A stretch of DNA of 64,000 nt from a bacterium (lineage in GTDB: Bacteria > SAR324 > NAC60-12). The first letter of the stretch is position 1, and the number at the start of each line of letters is the position of its first letter. Made by a program: the position numbers and the translations under genes. Location: contig CBDBHR010000023.1 in assembly GCA_965205865.1 (NCBI GenBank), forward strand, positions 1 to 64,000, given 5' to 3'. This document shows positions 30,195-39,323 of this stretch, one piece after another. The notes beneath the pieces are model-generated. The model did not search any database, was not told the DNA's origin, and saw nothing but the letters and a program-made list of their open reading frames with translations.

Positions 30195-31186
30195 GGAACC
30201 GAACAGAAAGTAAGAGGGACAACGCTGTTCTCGAAGTAAAAAATCTGACTAAGGTCTTCGGTAGCTCTCCGGCCGCCCTGGAAGACTTCTCCCTGACCCT
30301 CTTCGACGACAAACCGATGATCACGGCGATCGCCGGAGAGTCAGGCAGCGGCAAGACGACCCTGGCCCGCCTCATTCTCGATTTCATCCGACCCAGCTCA
30401 GGTGAAATCTCTTGGCGAGGTCGTAACATCCATAAGATGTCAAAGAAAGAACGGATGGCTTACCGCCGCGAGTGCCAGGCCGTTTTCCAAGACCCATACG
30501 CCGTCTTTAACCCCTTCTATCGCGCTGATCACGTGTTCAATATGGCCGTCTCCGGATTTAAGCTGGCCCGCAGCAGGGCGGAGGCGAGAAGGATGATAGA
30601 GGAGGCGCTGGAGGTCGTGGGCTTAAGACCGGAGGAGATCTTGAGGAAATACCCTCATCAACTCTCGGGTGGACAGAGACAGCGGATCATCGTGGCCCGC
30701 GCCTTCATGATGAAACCGCGCCTCATTGTTGCCGACGAACCGGTCTCCATGATCGATGCCTCGCTGAGAGCCCAGATCCTCGAGATCATGCTCAAGCTGA
30801 AGGAGGATTTCGGCATTAGCTTCCTCTTTATCACCCACGACCTCTCCACCGCGTATCAGATCAGCGACCGAATCTTCATCCTGTACCGGGGGTCCGTCGC
30901 GGAGACCGGGGATGCCACCGGAGTCATCAATGACCCTCAGCACCCCTACACTCAGCTCCTTATGAGCTCCATCCCCACTCCCGATCCCTCCGCCAAATGG
31001 CAAGAGGAGGTAGAGGTATCCGTTGAAGAGGAGATGGGAAAGGGCGATCGGGTGGGATGCAAGTTCTACCGTCGTTGTCCCCACGCCACGCAGATCTGTC
31101 ACGAGCGTCCTCCCCCTCTGTACCCAGTGGGCGATGGTCATCAGGCTTCGTGCTACTTGTACAGGGAACTAAAGAGGGACAAATGA
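30191..31186 (+). CDS. ABC ATP-binding protein (DppF-like)
   Basis: GESGSGKT, LSGGQRQR and ADEPVS motifs. Confidence 0.93.
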   Translation: MRNRTESKRDNAVLEVKNLTKVFGSSPAALEDFSLTLFDDKPMITAIAGESGSGKTTLARLILDFIRPSSGEISWRGRNIHKMSKKERMAYRRECQAVFQDPYAVFNPFYRADHVFNMAVSGFKLARSRAEARRMIEEALEVVGLRPEEILRKYPHQLSGGQRQRIIVARAFMMKPRLIVADEPVSMIDASLRAQILEIMLKLKEDFGISFLFITHDLSTAYQISDRIFILYRGSVAETGDATGVINDPQHPYTQLLMSSIPTPDPSAKWQEEVEVSVEEEMGKGDRVGCKFYRRCPHATQICHERPPPLYPVGDGHQASCYLYRELKRDK

Positions 31187-31324
31187 CATCTGTCAAAGAA
31201 ACACTTTGGGGAGGAGATGAAGCGACTCTCACCCAATATGTAAAGAACCGAGATGACACCCGATTTATATAATTTTCTGACCGTTAATAACATTATTTTA
31301 GCAACTCGAATAAGGAGACGCGAT

Positions 31325-32323
31325 ATGGCAAAAGATTACACAATTCTCATCGGCACCGTCGGCCAAGGGCTGAACGTGAGTTCAGACGGCGGTGAATCCT
31401 GGAACCATGTTGGGCGCCTGGACCCCAGGCAACCAATACCGGATGAAGGCAACGTCAGGGCATTGTGCGTGTATCCGGACAACCCCCGGCGGGTATTGGC
31501 CGGTTCCGACGGGGGCGTTTTCCGTAGCGAAGACGGCGGCGTGACCTGGGAAAACCTGGATGCCCCCACATCGGACCTCGAGGTCTGGTCGGTGACTGTG
31601 GACCCCACGGACCCGGACACCCTGTTCGTGGGCACGCGGCCCGATGGATTCCGCTCCAGGGATGGGGGGAGGTCTTGGAGCAAGCTTCATATGGGCGTAA
31701 ACATGAATGGCCCCATCGGGGCGCCGCGGACCACCTGCATGGCCGTAAATCCCAGGGACAACCGCACCATCTGGGCCGGCATGGAGGTTGACGGGGTTTA
31801 CAAGAGTCTGGATGGTGGCGACACCTGGGTCCACCTGCCCGACCTGGGTCCTGACCCCTTCCAAGGCGACATTCACGATGTGGCTCTGAAAACTGACGCC
31901 AGTACCACAGTCTACTGTACCTCGCCCTTTGGGCTCGCCACCAGCCACGACGAAGGCGAAAGCTGGGATTACCACTATTTCCCCAAGTTCCATGAAGCGG
32001 ACCGCGTGTCCTACTGCCGCGGCATCTTAATCAAGACCGATGACCCCGATGTCATGTTCGTCGGCAACGGCGACAATATTCCCGGTGTCACCGGTGCCTT
32101 GCAGCGCACCCAGGATGGTGGCAAAAGTTGGCAACCGGTGTCCCTGCCGGTAGAGCCCAACTCCGTTATCTATTGGATAAGCTCTCACAAGGAGCGGCCC
32201 AACGTAATCGTCGCGGCCAGCCTCCTCGGCTATGTGTACGTGAGCGAAGACGGGGGTGATTCGTGGCAAAAGCTGCAAAAGGAGTTTGGCGAGGTCCGTT
32301 CCGTGGCCTTGCTGCCCAACTAG
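31325..32323 (+). CDS. BNR/Asp-box beta-propeller protein, copy 2
   Basis: Close paralog of 7820-8848; GGAG RBS before MAKDYTILIG. Confidence 0.88.
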   Translation: MAKDYTILIGTVGQGLNVSSDGGESWNHVGRLDPRQPIPDEGNVRALCVYPDNPRRVLAGSDGGVFRSEDGGVTWENLDAPTSDLEVWSVTVDPTDPDTLFVGTRPDGFRSRDGGRSWSKLHMGVNMNGPIGAPRTTCMAVNPRDNRTIWAGMEVDGVYKSLDGGDTWVHLPDLGPDPFQGDIHDVALKTDASTTVYCTSPFGLATSHDEGESWDYHYFPKFHEADRVSYCRGILIKTDDPDVMFVGNGDNIPGVTGALQRTQDGGKSWQPVSLPVEPNSVIYWISSHKERPNVIVAASLLGYVYVSEDGGDSWQKLQKEFGEVRSVALLPN

Positions 32324-32438
32324 TACCGTAGGGCAAAAGTGTGTACACGTTTTTCTCCTTCCGGCTATTCGCAGCGTTGTCATTCCTGGCTTGCCCAGGA
32401 ATCCAGGGTCTATTTCGATACCCTGGATTCCCGCTTTC

Positions 32439-34175
32439 CAGGCTGTTGCAGATTTTTTTGCCTGCATAACGGGTCATACAATCAGTGAGAACGGGGTATG
32501 ATCCCAATTCTCATCATAATGATGAAATGGTTTTTGATCTTTAAAATTGTTAGAATCATATAAACCTTTGCGTATGAAGCGTAGAGAAAGCGAATCAATC
32601 GAATCACCTCAAGGAGGCGATAGAGAATATTGAGGTTGTGAGCAATGGCCATGAGCATAAATTCGCCTTTGACTTGTCTCTGCCCTCGAAATCGAAATGA
32701 GGTAAAACCGAGATTGGCCTTCAAGTTGCCGAAGACCGGTTCGACGGTACTCATGCGCGTTTTGAGTCGTTGTTTGGCTTCTGGGGTTTGCAATTTATTG
32801 CGCATGGCTTCGGCGTAGGGCTCGCGCTCTTGGCGATGGATCTGTTTGAGTCGCGAGCGATTCTTCGGGGGCAGACACCGCTGAGCGAGGGGACAATCTT
32901 CACAGGATGGGGCCTGATAGGTGCTCCCTTGGGCCTGGCCCCGCTTGAAGTTACGCTGAAAGGAGAGCTGTTGCCCATTGGGACACTGATAGACATCATT
33001 TTTTGCATCGAAGAAAAAATCAGAACGTTCGAGCTTTCGATCGTTTTGCAGTAATTCTTCCAGGGGGGTCGGCTGGAGAGGGTTGGCTCTATTTTGCGGT
33101 TGCGGGTCGGCAATGACGGCATCAATCTGATGCTGCTCGATATAGTTGAGTTGCTCAAAACTATGATAACCGGCATCCATATTATAACGACGTTGCCGAT
33201 CTTCGGGAAGGTGGGTTTCTGCCTGTTGATGCATCGGCGCAAATTGTTGGGTATCGTTGGCTTCGCAGACCACCTCAGCGGCCACAATCAGATGAGTGGC
33301 ACGATCGACGGCTGCCTGCACATTATAACCGGGTGTGTTAATCGAGGGCATCATGCGTGCGTCGGCATCGGTCAGATTGATCTTATGGCCATCCCGATGT
33401 TCGGGTTTGAGGGTTTGCTGACGCGCTTGAAGATCTTGCTGAGATTGGAGAATCGTTGCTTCGAATTGCTCAAGACGGGCTTTTTCGCCACGAAGGGCGG
33501 CTAAGTCTTCTTCATCGCCTTGATGATCTTCAGACTCGCAATTTAGAGGGGAGGCGATCGATTGACGCGTTTTTTCTAAAAGACGTTCTAATTGTTCTGC
33601 ATTTTTCGAGCGTTTCTTACTGGCAGAGGTTTTCAGCTTCGAACCGTCAAGGTTTATTTCAGCGAAACCGGAGACCTGCTGATCAATGGCCATTTGAATC
33701 AATTGCTCAAAATAGAAGGGCAGGCGTTGCAAATGACGACGACGGAACCGGCTCAAGGCACAGTGGTCGGGGGTCAGATGCGCTGAAACATAGATATAAC
33801 AAAGATCGCGTTTACAAAGTTTCTCCAAAACACGACTACTCTCAATGCCTTCACTGTAGGCATAAAACCAGGTCGCTAACAGAATCGCCGGATCATAGGC
33901 ATCCCCCCCTTGCGATTTGTAGGAGCCATAAAGCGAGGATAAATCCAAGCGGGAAACGAAATCTACCACAAAACGGCATTTATCGTTATCCGGGATCAAG
34001 TGGTTCAAATCGGTGGTGGATAATTGGAGGGTGGAACGATCATTACTCAGAAAACCCATAATAGAAATCCATTTTTACTATGGTTATATGAAAAGTGGAC
34101 TCAAACCAGATACTAGACTATGAAAAGTGTAGCAAAATCCACCTGGAAAAAGCAAATAAAATCTGCAACAGCCTG
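32439..34175 (-). mobile_element. IS1182-family element, copy 2 (intact)
   Basis: Same IRs as copy 1; 4-bp TSD TTTC at 32435-32438 and 34176-34179 inside GGATTCCCGCTTTCGCGGGAATGAC. Confidence 0.93.
32482..34059 (-). CDS. IS1182 transposase
   Basis: DUF772-like N-terminus (SSR.LE, PDH..LSRFR), DGSK, TDADAR, GYN.Q, DAGY and VEPVFG motifs. Confidence 0.92.
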   Translation of the reverse strand: MGFLSNDRSTLQLSTTDLNHLIPDNDKCRFVVDFVSRLDLSSLYGSYKSQGGDAYDPAILLATWFYAYSEGIESSRVLEKLCKRDLCYIYVSAHLTPDHCALSRFRRRHLQRLPFYFEQLIQMAIDQQVSGFAEINLDGSKLKTSASKKRSKNAEQLERLLEKTRQSIASPLNCESEDHQGDEEDLAALRGEKARLEQFEATILQSQQDLQARQQTLKPEHRDGHKINLTDADARMMPSINTPGYNVQAAVDRATHLIVAAEVVCEANDTQQFAPMHQQAETHLPEDRQRRYNMDAGYHSFEQLNYIEQHQIDAVIADPQPQNRANPLQPTPLEELLQNDRKLERSDFFFDAKNDVYQCPNGQQLSFQRNFKRGQAQGSTYQAPSCEDCPLAQRCLPPKNRSRLKQIHRQEREPYAEAMRNKLQTPEAKQRLKTRMSTVEPVFGNLKANLGFTSFRFRGQRQVKGEFMLMAIAHNLNILYRLLEVIRLIRFLYASYAKVYMILTILKIKNHFIIMMRIGIIPRSH

Positions 34176-34526
34176 TTTCGCGGGAATGACATAGAGAGTA
34201 TGTACGGACTTTCGCCGCAGTGTACTGGGTAGATGTGATTTTCTATTTTTGTCATTCCTGGAGATCCCGGACTTGATCCGATTTTTAACTACTCAGAAAA
34301 CCCATAATAGAAATCCATTTTTACTATGGTTATATGAAAAGTGGACTCAAACCAGATACTAGACTATGAAAAGTGTAGCAAAATCCACCTGGAAAAAGCA
34401 AATAAAATCTGCAACAGCCTGTTTCGCGGGAATGACATAGAGAGTATGTACGGACTTTCGCCGCAGTGTACTGGGTAGATGTGATTTTCTATTTTTGTCA
34501 TTCCTGGAGATCCCGGACTTGATCCG
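34044..34526 (+). repeat. 237-bp direct duplication of the IS1182 left end plus flank
   Basis: 34044-34280 repeated at 34290-34526 with a 9-bp spacer. Confidence 0.9.
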
Positions 34527-34652
34527 GGACCAGGAATCCAGGGGTATGCAACGCTACCAGGTAACTGGATCCCGGATCATCCCGTACTTGATCCGGGACC
34601 GGGATGACACATCATTGTAATCATTAATTATTCTAATGCAGGAGACAGGAAC

Positions 34653-35333
34653 ATGGCGAATGGAAAGATAAAAACAGCAGTGATTACCGGCGTGCATCCG
34701 CACGATGTGGTGGGCTTCCAGTCCATGCTTCGCTCCCTTCCCGAAATCGAGGCCTACCCTCAGAACATGTGGGACTTCATTACGAACCCGGCGCGCGGTC
34801 CAGGGACCTACGAGGTACTACTGTTCTACAACATGCACCAACGTACGCCTGCTGAAGAAGATGGCAAATTCGAGGCCGCCATGAAGGAGACGCTGGAGGG
34901 CCTTGGCGATGGGGACCAGGGGATATTTCTGCTGCATCACGCGCTGGTAGCCTTTCCCGACTGGTCGCTATGGAGAGAGCTTAGCGGCATGCCTCAGCGA
35001 GGGGGGAACCACCCGTGTGCCTTTGACCAGACCGTGCGCATCGACGTCGCGGACACCGAACACCCCATCACTACCACACTGGAGCCGTGGAAAATCGTCG
35101 ACGAGACCTATATCAGAGACGATGCGGACGAGGATAGCCACATCCTGCTCACCACCGATCATCCCCAGAGTATGAAGACGATCGCGTGGACGCGGACCTT
35201 CGGTAAGGCGAGGGTCTTCTGCTATCAGAACGGGCACGATAACCAGGCCTACTCAAACCCCGGTTTTCGAACGGTAGTGGGGCGGGGCATCCAGTGGTTA
35301 GCGGGGAGACAAACTACCATCAATCATCAATAA
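34653..35333 (+). CDS. ThuA-like protein B
   Basis: GIFLLHH, HPIT, DETY, AWTR.FGKARVF..QNGHD pattern. Confidence 0.8.
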   Translation: MANGKIKTAVITGVHPHDVVGFQSMLRSLPEIEAYPQNMWDFITNPARGPGTYEVLLFYNMHQRTPAEEDGKFEAAMKETLEGLGDGDQGIFLLHHALVAFPDWSLWRELSGMPQRGGNHPCAFDQTVRIDVADTEHPITTTLEPWKIVDETYIRDDADEDSHILLTTDHPQSMKTIAWTRTFGKARVFCYQNGHDNQAYSNPGFRTVVGRGIQWLAGRQTTINHQ

Positions 35334-35345
35334 AAGAGGGAAACC

Positions 35346-35385
35346 GTGAGGCTGAAAGACAAGGTCGCTTTTATCAGCGGGGGAA
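35346..35385 (+). pseudogene. SDR stub (first 13 codons only)
   Basis: MRLKDKVAFISGG, then a jump to the Ldh_2 leader; compare 6913-6070. Confidence 0.85.
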
Positions 35386-35414
35386 CCATTTAACTGAATT
35401 CTTAGGAGCTATTC

Positions 35415-36491
35415 ATGCCAATATTAACGAAAAATCAGATTGTCCGTATAACCGATGTGATGTTGCAGGCGGGAGGAGCCTCGGCCGGCCACGCTGGTAT
35501 CGTGGCGGACCACCTGGCCCATGCCAATCTTGCGGGATACGATTCCCATGGGTTCCTTCGCATCCCCCAGTACCTGAAAGAAATTGAGGAAGGCGTTGTC
35601 GATCCAAAGGCAGAGCCAGAAGTCGTTGGCAACCATGGGGCGATCCTCCAGATCGATGGCCATGCTACCTTCGGACAGGTGGTTGCCACACGAGCGACCG
35701 AAATGGCGATCGAGCAGGCTCGTGATCATGGAGTCAGCTTGGTGACGATGGGAAACCATACCAATACGGGTCGAATCGGAACCTACCCCGCAATGGCAGC
35801 AGCGGCTGGCATGGCTGCTATCTTTTTCACGGGCTGGGCGGGTAGACCGGTCGCCACCGTGGCTCCCTTTGGAGGACGCGAGGCCCGACTAGCGACGAAC
35901 CCTTTAGCGATGGCATTTCCTCATGCCGAAGGCGCCCCTATCCTGCTTGATTTTTCCAGCTCCATGACGGCTGATGGGACGCTACGGTTATACCGTAACC
36001 AGGAACAGGAGCTTCCTGATACTTGGATCATTGATAAGCAAGGGGTTCCCAGTAGGAACCCGAACGATTTCTTCGATGGGGGTGCGCACTTACCCGTCGG
36101 CGGGATGCAAGGGGGCCACAAGGGATACGCGCTCTCGGTCATGATCGCGCTTTTCGGGGGACTTCTTGGCCAGATCGCTTTGCCTCCAGGAAAGATTGAT
36201 TTTTGGGGAGGATCCACGATACTCGTCATCGACCTGGGCCGCATGGCGCCCCTGGAAACCATCCGGGCCGAGGTCCAACAGATGATGAGATACCTTCAAA
36301 ATACCCCCCTGATGGAAGGATCGAGCGGGGTTTTCTTTCCGGGGGAAAGATCCGCCAATACTCGCCAAGAGCGATTGGCCCTGGGCATCCCTGTGGATCC
36401 CACCACTTGGGGTCAGGTAGAAGTCCTCTTCGACCAATACGGGGTCCGTGACCAATTGGCCGATGTCCTTCCCTCCGGAGGAAATCCGTAG
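35415..36491 (+). CDS. Ldh_2 family oxidoreductase, copy 2 (diverged)
   Basis: GYDSHG, TNPLA and HKGYAL motifs. Confidence 0.9.
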   Translation: MPILTKNQIVRITDVMLQAGGASAGHAGIVADHLAHANLAGYDSHGFLRIPQYLKEIEEGVVDPKAEPEVVGNHGAILQIDGHATFGQVVATRATEMAIEQARDHGVSLVTMGNHTNTGRIGTYPAMAAAAGMAAIFFTGWAGRPVATVAPFGGREARLATNPLAMAFPHAEGAPILLDFSSSMTADGTLRLYRNQEQELPDTWIIDKQGVPSRNPNDFFDGGAHLPVGGMQGGHKGYALSVMIALFGGLLGQIALPPGKIDFWGGSTILVIDLGRMAPLETIRAEVQQMMRYLQNTPLMEGSSGVFFPGERSANTRQERLALGIPVDPTTWGQVEVLFDQYGVRDQLADVLPSGGNP

Positions 36492-36601
36492 AATGGCCCT
36501 ATTGATCCAATTAACCGCTTTATAGAGTCACCAGATGAGATTTGATCTAAACACCTTAGCACTTTCAGAAATTGCTAGCGCCCTACGTTAAGGAGAAAGT
36601 G

Positions 36602-37579
36602 ATGGACCCACTGGAATTGGTCGAGATTGGAAATACGGGGCTCAAAGTAAAACGGCTGGGGACCGGCTGTGGACCGTTGGGTCGATTTGTTACCGACGAC
36701 GAGGCCGCCGCAACTCTCAGAAAATGCATCGAACTGGGAGTCAGCTACTTTGACACGGCACCAAGATATGGCGGAGGCGTTAGCGAGCAACGCCTCGGCA
36801 AGGTTCTCTCTGAAATCACACGGTCCAGTTTCACGATTTCCACCAAAGTAGGCAAGTTATTGGAACCAAACCCGCCTGCTCCGGTGGGAGCGGTCATTGG
36901 ACCGAACAGGGAGAACGAGATGCCTTGGATATACGATTACGACACCACCATGCGGGTTTTCGAGGGGAGCCTGAAGCGGCTGAAACTAGACTACGTCGAC
37001 ATCCTTTTGATCCACGACCCGGACAACCATTTCGAGCAGGCGATGGACGGGGCCTATAAGGCCCTTTCAGAGTTGCGTTCCCAACGGGTGATTTCCGCCA
37101 TCGGCGTCGGCATGGGCCAATGGGAAATGTTGGCCCGTTTCGCTCGGGAGGGGGACTTCGATTGCTTCCTACTGGCGGGACAGTACACCCTTCTTGTCCA
37201 TTCGGCGCATTCCGAATTCCTTCCTCTCTGCCAAGAGAAAAAAATAAGCGTAATCATCGGCGCCCCGTACAACAGCGGTATTCTGGCCTCCGACCTGACA
37301 GAGAACGCGACCTTCAACGAACTGCCGGCCTCGGCCAAAGTCTTAGAGCAAGCAAGGCATTGTAAAGCGATCTGTGACCGCCACGGCGTACCGCTCAAGG
37401 CCGCCGCTCTCCAGTTCGTTTTTGGCCATCCCACCGTCGCAGCAGTGATACCAGGCTCGCGGTCTGTATCGGAAGCGGAAGAGAACTTCCAGATGATGGC
37501 ACATCCCATCCCCCCCGCCCTGTGGCAGGAGCTACGCCACGAAGGTCTCATACCTGCCGACGCTCCCACTCCACAATAG
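36602..37579 (+). CDS. Aldo/keto reductase (D-threo-aldose 1-dehydrogenase-like)
   Basis: FDTAPRYG, STKVG, LLIHDPD and PYNSG motifs. Confidence 0.88.
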   Translation: MDPLELVEIGNTGLKVKRLGTGCGPLGRFVTDDEAAATLRKCIELGVSYFDTAPRYGGGVSEQRLGKVLSEITRSSFTISTKVGKLLEPNPPAPVGAVIGPNRENEMPWIYDYDTTMRVFEGSLKRLKLDYVDILLIHDPDNHFEQAMDGAYKALSELRSQRVISAIGVGMGQWEMLARFAREGDFDCFLLAGQYTLLVHSAHSEFLPLCQEKKISVIIGAPYNSGILASDLTENATFNELPASAKVLEQARHCKAICDRHGVPLKAAALQFVFGHPTVAAVIPGSRSVSEAEENFQMMAHPIPPALWQELRHEGLIPADAPTPQ

Positions 37580-38039
37580 CAATGCGGCTAAGCGGTCGGG
37601 CCGGAGCATCGACGAGATCGATGTCGTAGCGTTAATTCCCTTCGCCGTTAGTGAGAAACGTTCCGTGCAGGAGAAGGCAAAGCAACTCTTGAAGAAGACG
37701 TTGGTCTTCCACACAAGGCTCCTGAAGGATCTGGGCGTGGAAGTCGCGGACGAATCTTCACGGAAGGATCTGGAGTATCAGAACATTGCGCCCACCACGG
37801 ACTATGCGAATGAATTAAACAGGGCCGTCGAACAGCTTCAAGTCCCGGAGGAGGCGCTAGATCGAGGGATCGATGAGATGATGGCGGTGGGATCCCTCCA
37901 GCAATGTCTCGATACTTTCGAGAAGTTCGTGAACTTGGGTGCGACGAACATAAACCCACAACCCCTCATCGCCGATGAGGAGAGTGACGAAATCCTGTCC
38001 AAAGAAATCATTCCTTACTTCAAATCGAGAGGCTCATGA
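37578..38039 (+). pseudogene. LLM-class flavin oxidoreductase, C-terminal fragment
   Basis: Near-identical to 61120-61581; joined directly to the AKR stop codon. Confidence 0.75.
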
Positions 38040-38334
38040 AAGTTTTGTTAACGGGAGGAACGGGATTCATAGGTGCCAGGTTGGCACGCGCCTTGTTAGA
38101 TAGAGATGTTTTGACGGGGGTTACCGGCGAAGAAGAGGCCATCGATGAGTTGGTGCTCTTTGACTCGGTTGAGGGACCCGGGCTTTCTAAAGATCCGCCA
38201 AGACGCGCCAGGAGCGATTGGCCCAGGGCATCCCGGTGGATCCCACCACTTGGGCTCAGGTAGAAGCCCTCTTCGACCAATATGGGGTCCGTGACCAATT
38301 GGCCGATGTCCTTCCCTCCGGAGGACATTCCTAG
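38036..38334 (+). pseudogene. NAD-dependent epimerase/dehydrogenase stub fused to a duplicated Ldh_2 3' end
   Basis: MKVLLTGGTGFIGARLARALL to ~38189; 38190-38334 matches 36348-36491. Confidence 0.8.
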
Positions 38335-38378
38335 TACATTGGGTCAAAAATTATTATAAATTCATTTTTGAAGAAGCC

Positions 38379-38760
38379 TCATTCAGGAGATTTTTGTCTT
38401 TGTTCTCGTCTGCGATAATGTTCAAAGAGTTGATTTGCTTCCTGAATGAGTTTTTCCTGGACTTGTTCGAATGAGATTTCAGAATGGATCATTTTGGGCT
38501 TCGCGGTATCACAATCTTCAAAATAGGTGAGTCCCTTGAGGTAGAGAATCGGGTTAAATTGAGGGTACTTGTTTTCTGCCGCCTCAAAAATCTCTTGTAA
38601 TGAAACTTTTTCGAGCAAGCAATACAAATCAAAATAATCTTTTTGGGTCGCTCTTTGATTGGCGACAATGACCTTCATCGGGGCAATGTCTCGGAAATCA
38701 GCAAGAAGGGAAAATTCCGTTTCAATGAGTTTGTATTGGAGAGGATAGCGGTAAAAAAAG
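38379..38760 (-). pseudogene. AbiEii-like nucleotidyltransferase, C-terminal fragment
   Basis: DIAPMK...QRA..KDYFDLY...LKGLTYFED pattern; 5' part cut at 38760. Confidence 0.65.
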
Positions 38761-38843
38761 GGTCAAGTCTTTTTTTGCTTTAAAGAAAAGCCTTATCGAA
38801 AGAACAGGGGAAACGGATTTCCAAGGGTGCCCCTTGTCAAGCT
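38761..38843 (+). repeat. ~82-bp dispersed direct repeat (copy at 42493-42574)
   Basis: GGGTCAAGTCTTTTTTTGCTTTAAAGAAAAGCC...CCCCTTGTCAAGCT at both sites. Confidence 0.85.
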
Positions 38844-38894
38844 ACCTTTTCCTCAAGGCCAGCGGGCGATGCCTGTCTGCTACTCTACCCCTTT

Positions 38895-38967
38895 ATACCG
38901 TCAGACGAAAGGGGGCGGAAACCGATAAGCCGTACCTAAATGTACATGCCTGTCTACTACTCTACCC
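38895..38967 (+). other. Possible group II intron 3'-end (domain VI) relic
   Basis: ACCGTCAGACGAAAGGGGGCGGAAAC...ACCTAA...CTACTCTAC; second CTACTCTAC-ending copy at 38869-38890. Confidence 0.35.
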
Positions 38968-38990
38968 ACCATTTTGTTGAATTCCCTCGG

Positions 38991-39263
38991 TCATTTGTTT
39001 TTCCAAGTATCCAAATAACGTTGTATATCCTTGGGAGAGTAATTTTTTAAGACCTCTACCGGGAAGAAGTCCTGCAACGGTTCATCAAAGATGCCGCAGG
39101 CCTCGCTTGGTACGGGGATATTGTCCAAGTACAAATCGGCCGGGATCCTCATTTTTTCGATGGATCGGACCGTGGGGTGAAGTTGACCCTGGGGTATCAA
39201 TTCTAATCCTAGCGATTGGAAGCCTCTTGGAAAAGTTGTCATATTTGCTTGTCTCTCAGTCAT
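38991..39263 (-). CDS. Hypothetical protein, 90 aa
   Basis: ORF with ATG start; no recognised motif. Confidence 0.4.
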   Translation of the reverse strand: MTERQANMTTFPRGFQSLGLELIPQGQLHPTVRSIEKMRIPADLYLDNIPVPSEACGIFDEPLQDFFPVEVLKNYSPKDIQRYLDTWKNK

Positions 39264-39323
39264 GATTTGGCTATTATAGAAACAGAGGTTACAGTAACTC
39301 TTGTTTCTCTAATGGTAAAAATA

